A DNA stretch of 63,401 bases, the filler included, from Octopus bimaculoides (lineage: Eukaryota), in the NCBI RefSeq assembly GCF_001194135.2. It is 12 parts of 9 records of this genome, joined end to end, with 100 filler letters (N's around TTAATTAATTAA, not from the genome) between each part and the next. Parts side by side here need not be neighbours in the genome. Positions count along the whole stretch, not along the records: positions 1 to 1,739 come from NC_068981.1; positions 1,840 to 4,902 come from NC_068983.1; positions 5,003 to 9,751 come from NC_068981.1; positions 9,852 to 13,081 come from NC_068982.1; 8 more parts are not named here. One strand, written 5' to 3'. This document shows positions 1-10,734 of the stretch, in pieces (position 1 is the stretch's first letter; every line of letters starts with the position of its first letter). The position numbers and the translations under genes are program-made. The notes beneath the pieces are model-generated. The model searched no databases. It was not told the DNA's origin and saw nothing but the letters and a program-made list of their open reading frames with translations.

Positions 1-125
1 ATTAAACTTTCCTCTCAGTATTCTTTACCTATTTTTCATAACATTGTTACGTAAAAACACACAACCACACATACGTGATCTGTGACAACATCATACACAT
101 TGCTCTCGTTCTCTATTCATTTCCT

Positions 126-768
126 CCTCTTCCTCTCTCGCTCTCTCAAACGCATACACATGCAAGTAAACACAATCATTCACAAAAATATAACTCATGT
201 TCGTCAATGTGGCATAACTACAGAGTTGTACCCACCGACTTTGGAAGGTCATAACTTTCAGAAAAATGAATATATTTTTATGAAATTTTCTATGCATATA
301 TTATTTATTATGTAGATTCCGAATATACAAAAATTTTCGGTGAAAGTGTTTTGGGAGAGGGTGGGGGCCAATTTTCGGAAATACCACTTAAATTCCTTTT
401 AACTTCCACGAAAATGAATATTTTTTCGTGAAATTTTCTACAAATATACCTTGATGTATATACATTTCAAGCATATAGGAATTTTGAAGGAAACAACTGC
501 AGGTTATTTTTGAGAAGTGTTCCCCACTCGGTGGTGTTTCGGAGCAAGTCGTCCATATTTGTTTCATTTTCCTCTATTATGTGCTTATGTGCATCCGTAG
601 ATTTCTAATGAAGTAATAGGCAGTGAAGAGAAGCCGTCATAAGAAAACTTTTAACTACCTCTATTCCTTTCTCCCCCTCTCACTACCTCTTCCTCTCTCG
701 CTCTCTCAAACGCATACACGTGCACGTACACGATCATTCAGTAAAATATAACTCATGTTCGTCAATGT
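126..768. repeat. Two ~85-bp direct repeats (126-210, 686-768) plus a second imperfect repeat pair (~243-335, ~398-487); probable non-autonomous DNA-element remnant
   Basis: CCTCTTCCTCTCTCGCTCTCTCAAACGCATACAC...ATATAACTCATGTTCGTCAATGT occurs twice; AACTT..GAAAATGAATAT.TTTT..TGAAATTTTCTA also occurs twice. Confidence 0.75.
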
Positions 769-792
769 TTTGTAAATATACCACGATTTTCA

Positions 793-950
793 TTAGGGTG
801 TTAGGGTTAGGGCTTTAGGGTCAGGGTTAGGGTTTAGGGTTAGGGTTAGGATTAGTGTTACGGTTACGGTTTTAGGGGTTTACGGTTAGGGTTAGGGTTT
901 AGGGTTAGGGTTTAGAGTTAGTGTTAGGATTTGGTTTAGGATTAGGGTGG
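793..950 (+). repeat. Degenerate interstitial telomere-like (TTAGGG)n tract
   Basis: TTAGGG units mixed with TTTAGGG, TCAGGG, TTACGG and TTAGGA variants, flanked by non-telomeric DNA on both sides. Confidence 0.9.
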
Positions 951-1262
951 GGTAATCGTGCGGGTGTTAATCTGAAAAATTACAGATATGTGAAAAATAC
1001 CGACCCTGCCATCTATTATAACTTTTGTTGTTCTGTTTAATACATACATAGATTATGCCTCCAAAGAAGAGAGTTTGCTGGGAAAGACAGCAACCCAGAT
1101 GGGCACGTCGTGAGGAGTGTCAGAAGGGCAAGAAGTCCTGTATTNNNNNNNNNNNNNNNNNNNNNNNNNNNNNNNNNNNNNNNNNNNNNNNNNNNNNNNN
1201 NNNNNNNNNNNNNNNNNNNNNNNNNNNNNNNNNNNNNNNNNNNNCAGTTGGCCGAGGATTTG

Positions 1263-1392
1263 GGTAGCAGTCGAGTTGGTAGCAGTCGAGTTGGTAGCAG
1301 TCGAGTTGGTAGCAGTCGAGTTGGCGTATGGAGTTGGCCAGTCGAGTTGGGTACAGGCAGTTGGCGAAGGCGGTTGGCCTGAATCGAGTTGG
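1263..1392. repeat. 15-bp minisatellite (GGTAGCAGTCGAGTT x4, then degenerate AGTTGG units); possibly inside an LTR ending ...TGTTACA near 1724
   Basis: Four perfect units at 1263-1322. The LTR assignment is inference from similar short internal repeats in the LTR at 21436. Confidence 0.7.
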
Positions 1393-1854
1393 ATGAAGAA
1401 CGTCAGCCAGTGAAGATGAACAGTGATATGTCTGACAGAGAGAGGCCGAGAGAGAGGGTCTATAGTCAGCAGGTACGAGTAAGCAGAAATGCATAGAGTC
1501 TCAGAGAGAGAGGGACAGAGAGATGGAACTGTTGCGGCAGGCAAAAGAAAGTAGTAGGCTACTTTGGTCAGTTCTTGTGAGAGCTTTGAAAGAAAGGAAA
1601 TTATTACAGTAAAAGTTTGTGTAAATATTCTTCCAAGAAAAATGTACTTGTTACATGTGTTAAAAGAGATTTCGTTAACTGTAATGTTAACTTAAAAGAA
1701 AAGAAAAGAAAGAACTTTGTTACATGTGGGGTAACTGAANNNNNNNNNNNNNNNNNNNNNNNNNNNNNNNNNNNNNNNNNNNNTTAATTAATTAANNNNN
1801 NNNNNNNNNNNNNNNNNNNNNNNNNNNNNNNNNNNNNNNTTTTTTTTTTTTTTT

Positions 1855-2140
1855 TTTGTCTTTTGCCGATCATCAATCTCTTTTGCCGAAACGTTGTTAT
1901 GAGGACGTAAACACACCAACACTGGTTGTCAAGCGGTAATGAGGGACAAACAAAAACACAAACACACGAGCGCACACACACAAACACACATGCAGATATA
2001 TACATATACAACGGGCTTCTTTCAGTTTCTGTCTACCAAATCCACTCACAAGTCTTTGGTCGGTCCGAGGCTATAGTAGAAGATTCTTGCCCTAAGTACC
2101 ACCCAGTGTGATTGACTCAGTACCATGTGGTTGGGAAGCA
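1855..2140 (-). mobile_element. SINE family A, degenerate partial copy
   Basis: Reverse complement of the family A body seen intact at 38256-38655 (GACGTAAACACACC, TTTCAGTTTC.GTCTACCAAATCCACTCACAAG). Confidence 0.85.
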
Positions 2141-3319
2141 ATACATTTTTTAAAAGCAATTTCATCTAGATTTGGGCGGAGGTTATGGACAGCAAACTAG
2201 TTATTCATATTCTAGATAGGATGTGTTTTATTACGTTTGCAGCTGCACAAAACTTTTGTATTACTGGTTTTAAAAGATTATGTTACCGATCGTCGGTAGG
2301 AAAATGTTTGACTATTAGCATTTTGAAATTTCTAGCGAAACGCTGTCATTAAGACAATAAGGTTAACAGGGTGTCATCTATATACGTGCCATTTCTAGTA
2401 ATAATTATATATGTTTAACTAGGCACTTATGTCTCATGTTTAAATGTGGACGCTTACTTCTCACTACCCAATACATTAAAAACGCAGGATAAGTAAAGTA
2501 CCTAGTACATATTGAAACTTTTTGTAAACACGAGTTCTAATGAGTCCTTGCTCACCAAATAAAAGAGGAATATTAATTTCAGTTATACCAACCCGCTTCT
2601 TTTCTTCTTCTTTCTCTTTGACCCGCTGCATTTTTTCTTTCTTGTAGCGTTCTATGTCTTGTGCAGCTTGTATCTTGTGACGCCTGATCTTTTCCAGTTC
2701 CAGTGACCTAGAATATTAAGCACATACATTACTATTAATTTATTCCATGCGTTAGTGCGTTCAAATTATCAATTTATTGACTTTTGATGATTAGAAGTAT
2801 CCATCCAAGGGATATCAACGTTATCGATATGGTGTGAAGAAAGTTTATTTGTGACGATAAAAGGCGAAATGCAAGTTGACCGGCTAATTCTGAACTCAGT
2901 ATGTAAAGGGTCTACACTCCGATGATTCTTCGAGCCCGGCTCAGATAAAGTCCCATATTTTCGATCAAAAAAATAAAAACTACTTTAAAAATAAACAATT
3001 TCAATGAAAAACAAAAATATATCACTTGCCTTCTTGAATCTTGAAATGATTCCACAGTATCCTTTTCTGTTGGATTAAGAACACTTGTGGGTTCGTTATA
3101 ATATTCGGGAGGACAATTCAGGTCACCTTTACAGCCGTTATGCTCATTTGTGTTTTCTTTATTGTTGTATATATTTGAATCATCATTTCCATTACTAGAA
3201 TCTTGCGCTCCTCCTCTGTCATGTGTTGGAGATGAAAACGTGTTCATTGTATGCTTCATTGGTTGAGTTTCACTGGGATACTGCGGTTATGCACCTGATG
3301 TGACAACATAAACAATAAC

Positions 3320-3380
<61 letters not shown>

Positions 3381-3383
<3 letters not shown>

Positions 3384-3688
3384 TACAAAGACCTGGAAAT
3401 AGAGATAACTCGAATGTGGAATCTAAAAACAGAAACAATTCCTATCATAGTAGGTGCCTTAGGTATAATAAAAAAATATTCAGACAAATACATAACAAAA
3501 ACACCAGGACTTACAAATATATATAATATACAGAAAATTGCACTACTGGGTACTGCACACATTCTACGCAAAACACTTTCAATACAGTAAACATAAGAGC
3601 ACCACAGCAAACCACAGCACATACCCAAGGCGCAGAGCTGCGCTCGGTAGTGAAGTGAAAGCACGTTATAAAAATAAAACTACTGAAC
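3381..3688 (+). mobile_element. 5'-truncated Dong/R4-clade LINE (end of restriction-like endonuclease + 3' UTR) inside a (TAA)n array
   Basis: Translates KYKDLEIEITRMWNLKTETIPIIVGALGIIKKYSDKY; (TAA)n on both sides (~3319-3380, 3689-3716); near-identical to 10330-10680. Confidence 0.85.
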
Positions 3689-3749
3689 AATAATAATAAT
3701 AATAATAATAATAATAGCTGTTTCAAATTTTAGCACAAGGCCAGAAATT

Positions 3750-3900
3750 TTCAGTGGAGTGGAAATCCAATTACATCGATTTCAGTACTTGATTGATACT
3801 TTATTTTATCGATCTCGGTGAGATTTGAACTAAGAACGTAAAGAGCTGAAGAAATAAAGCAAAGCATTTTTTCGATGCTCTACCGACTCTCGAAGCTAGA
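3750..3900 (-). mobile_element. SINE family B, degenerate
   Basis: GTACTT.TTTTATCGA...GATTTGAACT matches the reverse complement of the family B core. Confidence 0.65.
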
Positions 3901-4734
3901 ATAATAACAATTTTTTCCCATTATTGACTACAAAGACACATATATGCATACATATAGCAACGCGTACTAACAGGTTACAATGTATGCGTATAGGCAGACA
4001 AATGATATAAAACGAAGGGAGAGGCAAAAAAGGTATTTAATATATAAGAAAAATGGTTGAGAATATAAAAAACGATTGCGAAAAAATATAGAATAAATGA
4101 GAGAAAATATAATTTTTTTTTAAAATTATATTTCACCTTGGTTAGCTCATAGAACCTCAAAACTTTACCCTTATTTCACTCCTTGAATAAACGAAGGACC
4201 CCTTTAACATCATTTGAGTTGAGTGGAGAATGAAAATTCCCACATGCTCAGTTTAGTGAGAACTTGCTAGGAAACATTTTCTCAGTTGTCAATGTTCTGT
4301 ATGGTTATAACTATCATATCATACTAAATTCTATTCCGTGAATGTTTTCTACTCAAACTCGTGAGACACATTGCAATGTATTAGCTTACACTTTTTATGT
4401 TGCATTTTGCTTGGCTGTAGTCGGCATTTCTTTTTTCTCCTACAATCACATCTCTAGGTGATGGGGATGAAGCTACTTGTTGTTACGATCGGGAGACAGG
4501 ATATCAATTTGCTGATTTTCAGGATTGATTACAAAGTAATCTTTTGTTCCATTTCCCTAATTGTGGTAGATATTGCTCTAAAAACTAGAACTCACTATTC
4601 TTCTTATTGCCTCTGATGCTCTATCGCCTTCACTTCTGCATTGTTTTTCCAACTGTTTAGAGTAAAAAAAAAACCCACAAAGACATTCAAGTAATTTTTA
4701 CTGGCAAGAAGCTTGCTTCCCAACCACATAGTTC

Positions 4735-4766
<32 letters not shown>

Positions 4767-4769
4767 ATA

Positions 4770-4801
<32 letters not shown>

Positions 4802-5003
4802 CGTGTGTGTGTGTAGCGTTGGCGATTTTTTCTCCATCTTTGGACTTTTCCCTTTCTCTTTTCGCAAAGCGTCAAGCTAATACATTTCTTGCGCACAACC
4901 TCNNNNNNNNNNNNNNNNNNNNNNNNNNNNNNNNNNNNNNNNNNNNTTAATTAATTAANNNNNNNNNNNNNNNNNNNNNNNNNNNNNNNNNNNNNNNNNN
5001 NNC

Positions 5004-5362
5004 CAGTGTGTGGGACATATCAGCGGTGCAAACCTGAATCCGGCCGTTTGTTTACATACCCGTAGCTAGTCACGCGAAACGTCAACGTGCTAAAGGCAAT
5101 TTTTTATATGACAGCACAATGCGCCGGTGTCATCACAGGCGCTGGTATTTTATACGGATTAACCCCATATGAGGCGCACGGCCTATTAGGGGTTACAACG
5201 GTTCATGCCGAAATGACAAAAGGTCAAGCTTTTGGTGTAGAATTTATGATAACGTTTATTATGGTATTTACGTTTTTTGCTAACCTTGACCCCAAACGTT
5301 CAGATATGGGCTCACGATCACTTTCTACCGGATTATCTGTTACACTTGGACAATTATTTGCA
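5004..5362 (+). CDS. AQP: Aquaporin (MIP family, AQP1/AQP4-type) exon: loop B NPA to TM5; frameshifted at ~5049-5065, so it may be a pseudogene or a consensus error
   Basis: QCVGHISGANLNPAV in one frame, then LVTRNVNVLKAIFYMTAQCAGVITGAGILYGLTP...GQAFGVEFMITFIMVFTFFANLDPKRSDMGSRSLSTGLSVTLGQLFA in another. It ends at a phase-0 GCA|GTAAGT donor at the same position as the GHLxA| intron of vertebrate AQP1/AQP4. The other exons are not visible in the window. Confidence 0.9.
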
Positions 5363-5452
5363 GTAAGTCTGATTACACTTTATCAATTTTCTTTCCGGAT
5401 TATCTGTTAGACTTGGACAATTATTTGCAGTAAGTCTGACTATACTTTATTT
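5328..5452 (+). repeat. 67-bp-period tandem duplication spanning the aquaporin exon end and 5' splice site
   Basis: CCGGATTATCTGTTA(C/G)ACTTGGACAATTATTTGCAGTAAGTCTGA starts at 5328 and 5395; GT donors at 5363 and 5430. Confidence 0.92.
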
Positions 5453-5965
5453 ATCTTCCTTCCTTCTACTATTTTATTTGTATTTTTTCCTCGAACTTAA
5501 CATCAAGCGGTTCCTTTTATTGAAGGATCTGGCCCTTGTGTCCAATAAGAGAAATCATCATCGTCATCATCAGTATTATTATTGTTATTTTCATTACCAT
5601 CCTTCAATTCCATTTCTATTTGTTGCCGGGTGTCTTCCTCACACCTAGGGCAGAGAAACATACTGTATATATTGTTAGGCCATTAAATTAAACACACCAA
5701 ATTGTTCATTTACAAAGTCATGTAATCGAGAAAAAGGAGAAGAAAAACAGAGAGAAAAAGGAAAAATTAAAAACTAATTAAATAAAAAAATAAAGGTGGA
5801 AAAGTGAAGAAAATTCACAGCTACAATGCTCTTCTCAGTACGTGTGACGTTTTAGTTAAGACAATCTTTTGCACTTCCTGCACGGATGGTAAGCCAGTGA
5901 TCATTCTCAAATAATTTTCAGTTCCTTTTTTTAGTATTATTATTATTGATAATATTATTATTATT

Positions 5966-6190
5966 AAGGCAGAGAGTTGGCAGAATCGTTAGCATGCTGG
6001 ATGAAATGCTTAGCGGTATTTCTTCTGCCGTTACGTTCTGAGTTCAAATTCCGCCGAGGTCGACTTTGCTTTCATGCTTTCAGTGTCGATAAAATTAGTA
6101 CAAGTTACGCACTGGAGTCGATGTAATCGACTTGATATCTTCCCTCAAATTTGAGGCATTGTCCTTCCAGTATAAATGATTATTATTATT
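5966..6190 (+). mobile_element. SINE family B (tRNA-like head, Nin/Deu-like core)
   Basis: A-box-like TGGCAGAATCG, B-box-like GAGTTCAAATTCC, core GAGGTCGACTTTGCTTTCATG..GTCGATAAAATTAGTAC, (ATT)n tail. The Nin/Deu domain label is from recollection of the motif. Confidence 0.85.
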
Positions 6191-8738
6191 TTATGTTTGA
6201 CTTTAGCTTTGCATTTGTACAAGTTGGCACCAAGTCTCACCCAGAGAACTCAAGAGACAACAAGTTAGAAGTTCATGTTGGTGTTATACCTAATGTGCAA
6301 TATATTTGGTTTAGTACATAGTGTTGTTCTAGAGAATGTTTAAGAAACCATAAGAAAAGTATGCGTTTGTTTTAAAATTTGAGATTACATAGTATTTTAT
6401 GTACGATATGAGCAGTTCCCATGTGCACTATCCTTTGAATTTCTGCCATTTTCGAGTTTCCTGGTATCTGAGCTTGGTAGGTATCAGCCTTTTTGCTATC
6501 ATTTCTAGGGCAACAATGACAAGTATTGTTTTAGTCTTCAGGTTCCACATTTTGCTAATTTCTATTTCAAGATCTTTATACTTGCTCAGTTTTTGGTAGG
6601 TCTTGACAGATACGTTTATATCGATTGGGACAGTCATATGAATGAGGAGGCATGAGTTTTGTCTGAAGTCATTCAATATGATGTCTAGCCTATTTGCATC
6701 TATTTTTCTGTCAGTTTGAACGGTGAAGTTCCAGAGGAGTGAGATGTGATCATTTTCAAGTACTGGGGGTGGTTTGTGTTCCCATCAGTTTTTTATGATG
6801 AGTTAAGTCCAGGTTTTTGCAAATTACCCAGTGAATATATTGTGCAGCTCTATCATGCCTGTTGAGATACTCTGTAGGCGCAAGAAAACTGGACATGGAT
6901 ACAACATGATCAACGGTCTCATTTTGTTGTTGATATACATGACATATTGGGGAGCTGCAGTCTTTTAATATATTGGCCTGGTAGTTCCTTGTAGGTAGGC
7001 ATTGATCTTGGGCTGCTATGATAAACCCTTCTGCTTCAGATTTTAAGACAGAAGCCATTAGCCATTGAGGATAACGGCTTTGTCAACATCGGCATTATTC
7101 ACTCTCTTTGGGTGGTTGCCATTGAGAGGTTTTTCTTGCAATTTATCAGTAAGAATATCTAAGGCAGCAGTTTTAGTACAGGTTTTCATACGCATAGCTT
7201 TTTCTGCGCTTGTTTCTAGTACGTCTAATTTTGGAATTTGCTGTATTCAGAATTCACTTAGATATTTATTTTCCTGTTTTGTTACTGATGCGTATGATGC
7301 TTTCAGGTTTTGAGACATGTTTTAACATCCAGTCCTCAGAGTTTTTCAGGTTAATCTAGGCTAATTGTGACAATCTTCATTGTTAATGCTAGTTGTAAAA
7401 GTCCACGGCCTCCCTCCTTTCTTGGCAGATAAAGACGTTCTATATCTGCCTTAGGGTGGTGCGTTCTATGCATTGTCAACAGTTTTCGTATTTTTCTGTC
7501 AGCATTACATATTTCAGTAATTGACCAGTTAACGATATTGAAACTGTAAGTCACGACTGGTATGGCTAGAGCATTGATCGCTTCGATCCTCTTTCTTGCA
7601 TTTAGCTCTGTCTTCAGTATTGCTCTCACCCTGCGATAACATTCTCTTCTGATCATTTCCCTCATCACTGAATGCTTGATATTGTCCCCTTCAATTAACC
7701 CTAGGTATTTGTAGCTCTCTGCTGGTTCTAACTCTTTTATGACATTTTGCTGGTCAAGGTTCACATTAGATATTTTTGTCATTTTTCCATTGATAAAGGT
7801 AGCTTTTGCACATTTATCAAGGCCAAATTGCATCCTGATGTCATCACTGAATTGTTTAACAATCACTACGAAGTTGGTCATTTTTTGCAAATAGCTTTAA
7901 ATCAACCATGTAAATGAGATGATTTATATTTTTATCAAACATTTTATAACCGTACTGTGCATTATTGAGCAATTTTGAGAGAGGCGTAGGAGTGGCTGTG
8001 TGAATAGGCGCAGGAATGGCTGTGTGGATAGGCGCAGGAGTGGCTGTGTGGTAGGTAGCTTGCTTACCAATCACATGGTTCCGGGTTTATTCCCATTGCG
8101 TGGCACCTTGGGCAAGTGTCTTCTACTATAGCCTCGGGCCGACCAAAGACTTGTGAGTGGATTTGGTAGACGGAAACTGAAAGAAGCCTGTGGTATATAT
8201 GCATATATATACATATGTGTGTGTGTGTGGGTGGGTATATGTTTGTGTGTCTGTGTTTGTCCCCCCAACATCGCTTGACAGCCGATGGTGGTGTGTTTAC
8301 GTCCTCGTAACATAGCGGTTCGGCAAAAGAGACCGATAGAATAAGTACGAGGCTTGCAAAGAATAAGTCCTAGGGTCGATTTGCTCTACTAAAGGCGGTG
8401 CTCCAGCATGGCCGCAGTCAAATGACGGAAACAAGTAAAAGAGTAAAAGAATAAAAGAGAGAGAGAGGTAATAAGGCTAGACAAAAGAGGAGAGGTGATA
8501 GTGAGTCACCCTGGAAAATACCACATGAAATTCTTACATCTCCAACATTTAGAGATTCATTGTCACTGTTCAAAGTCAGTGTGGTTCTCCATGATCTCAT
8601 ACTTACAGACACAAAATCCACCTGTGTGGTAGGCTATCAAAAGCTATTTTATAGTCTATCCAGGCTATTGACAAGTTTTTGTGTCATTTGTGACAATCTT
8701 CTAAGATCATCTTATTGATGAGTAGCTGATCTTTACAA
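6190..8738 (-). mobile_element. Degenerate Dong/R4-clade LINE (RT + Cys/His knuckle + restriction-like endonuclease + 3' UTR), interrupted by a SINE
   Basis: CKDQLLINKMILEDC..WIDYK, GIFQGDSLSPLLFCL, QFGLDKCAKA, YKYLG, HHPKADIERLYLPRKEGGRGL, LKSEAEGFIIAAQDQCLPTRNY, RHDRAAQYIHW, KYKDLEIEISKMW; several stops and frameshifts. Confidence 0.92.
7982..8460 (+). mobile_element. SINE family A, full length with a triplicated 5' end, inserted antisense into the Dong RT
   Basis: GGCGCAGGAGTGGCTGTGTGG head, GGCACCTTGGGCAAGTGTCT, tail GCAGTCAAATGACGGAAACAAGTAAAAGAG. GAGAGAGG flanks both ends (7977-7984, 8461-8468), and the RT reads LPLS|KLLN across the insertion. Confidence 0.93.
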
Positions 8739-8759
8739 CTATTCTGCAAACCGAATGAT

Positions 8760-9751
8760 AGGCTATCATACATTAACACAGCATCCTGCCACCCACCGTA
8801 GAGTTCCAAAATATAATAAAAGGCATCAGAAAACGGAGTTTAAACTTATCTTAAAAATAAAGATATTTTCGACGCAGCGGCTCCCGCTTACAATGAGGCG
8901 CTATCGGCCAGCGAGCTCAAGGATCATATAGTATATACACCTGGATCGAGCAACCATAAAAGGAAACATCACCGCAAGACCTTACGGTTCGCTTCCTCTT
9001 CTCCCTAAGCGTCCGGATATGCGCAGGTAAGATTTTTCTTGCGTTAGTGGATAAGCATTTCATGCGATCACACAAATGTAGAAAGATCCTTACTCTTTAC
9101 TCTTTTAATCTTTCACTTGTTTCAATCATTTGACTGCGGCCATGCTGGAACACCGCCTTTAGTCGAGCAATCGACCATGGGGCTTATTCTTTGTAAGCCT
9201 AGTACTTATTCTATCGGTTTCTTTGGCCGAACCGCTAAGTTACGGGGACGTGAACATACTACCATCGGTTGTCAAGCGATGTTGTGTGGGGACAAACACA
9301 GACACACAAGCATATACACACACATACAGGTATATGTATATATCAGTTTCCGTCTAACAAATCCACTCACAAGACTTTGGGCGGCCCGAGGTTATAGTAG
9401 AAGACACTTGCCCAAGGCAACACGCGGTGGGAATGAACCCGCAACCATGTGGTTGGTAAGCAAGCTACTTACCACACAGCCACTCCTGCACCTATATATA
9501 ACAGACATAATTTAAGGATCTCTTTTAGATGTGCATCTAATGTTAAGAAAAAGTCACTTAGCACTCCTAAACCACGGACAGAGTCAGGTTCTTCATGCAG
9601 GATTAGAAATGAATGCCCAGTAGACGGCCGATGTAACACCGAGGATACAGTGTACGAAGCAAAGGTAGCCTCAAACAGGAGCAACACAAATATCAGTAAC
9701 ATCAATGCCAACATATCGACACACACTAAAATTTATGTCATATCTTGTGAA
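8760..9751 (+). mobile_element. Penelope-like element fragment (RT C-terminus, linker, start of GIY-YIG endonuclease), split by a SINE
   Basis: YINTASCHPP, DIFDAAAPAYNEALSAS, KIFLALVDKHF, then NRHNLRISFRCASNV, CRIRNECPVDGRC, VYEAKV: the C-x-C/CP-x-x-G-x-C linker typical of PLE ORFs. Confidence 0.8.
9090..9497 (-). mobile_element. SINE family A, full length
   Basis: Reverse complement of family A from the tail (TACTCTTTTA..CTTGTTTCA.TCATTTGACTGCGGCC) to the head (ACCACACAGCCACTCCTGC). Confidence 0.92.
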
Positions 9752-10329
9752 NNNNNNNNNNNNNNNNNNNNNNNNNNNNNNNNNNNNNNNNNNNNTTAAT
9801 TAATTAANNNNNNNNNNNNNNNNNNNNNNNNNNNNNNNNNNNNNNNNNNNNAGAAGAAGAAGAAGAAGAAGAAGAAGAAGAAGAAGATTGATTCTGTTTA
9901 TTGAATTGAATAAATAAGACAATATTTCGGCAGATAGCCGGTCTTCCGCGGGTTCGAAATTTAAAATGAATCAAAAAATACGCAGAGATACAGAAATTCA
10001 AAATATGGAAAGGAATATCCTGCGTTCCTTTTAAGACAAAATGACATCATTAGATTTCGCTTATTAATAACTGGTAGAAAGAAAGAAAACACTCAGCCAA
10101 ACAGTTTTGTATAAATGTGATAAAATTCGTCTGTCATTTTATTCATTTCTCCAGGGCAAATCACATATATATTTGTCCTGATGCGTTTTGAGACCTGAAA
10201 GTGCGATAGATTCAGAATATTTTTTGAGAATGTGCACTTTCAGGTATTTCTCAAAATAACAAGTATTCAGTAAAATGTTCAATAAGTTCCGTCGAACTAC
10301 TGTTATTGTGCCTGAATCATATATATACG

Positions 10330-10676
10330 TTTCTCTAAAAGAAATGGAGAAACTTTCAAAATACAAAGACCTGGAAATAGAAGTAACTCGAATGTGGAAT
10401 CTGAAAACAGAAACAATTCCTATCATAGTGGGCACATTAGGTATGATAAAAAAATATTCAGACAAATACATAACAAAAACATAAAATACATAAAAAAGGA
10501 CTTACAACTATATACAACATACAAAAAATTGCACTAATGGGCACTGCACATATCCTACGCAAAACACTTTCAATGCAGTAACCATAAGAGCATCACAGCA
10601 AACCATATCACGTACCCAAGGCACACAGAGATGCGATCGGTAGTGAAGTGAAAGCACGTTATAAAAAATAAAACTA

Positions 10677-10680
<4 letters not shown>
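10330..10680 (+). mobile_element. 5'-truncated Dong/R4 LINE 3' end followed by (TAA)n
   Basis: SLKEMEKLSKYKDLEIEVTRMWNLKTETIPIIVGTLGMIKKY; same 3' UTR as 3381-3688. Confidence 0.88.

Positions 10681-10733
<53 letters not shown>

Positions 10734-10734
<1 letters not shown>

Noticed and set aside
793-950. True telomere or chromosome end
   Set aside because: Short, degenerate and flanked by ordinary sequence on both sides.
1055-1144. ORF MPPKKRVCWERQQPRW as an NLS-bearing protein start
   Set aside because: Only 30 codons before a gap, with no domain evidence.
1263-1322. CRISPR-like array
   Set aside because: Contiguous 15-bp units without spacers, in eukaryotic DNA with no cas genes.
1784-1795. 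TTAATTAATTAA recurring 11 times as a possible regulatory or repeat motif
   Set aside because: Always centred in 100-bp N gaps and has stops in six frames; an assembly spacer.
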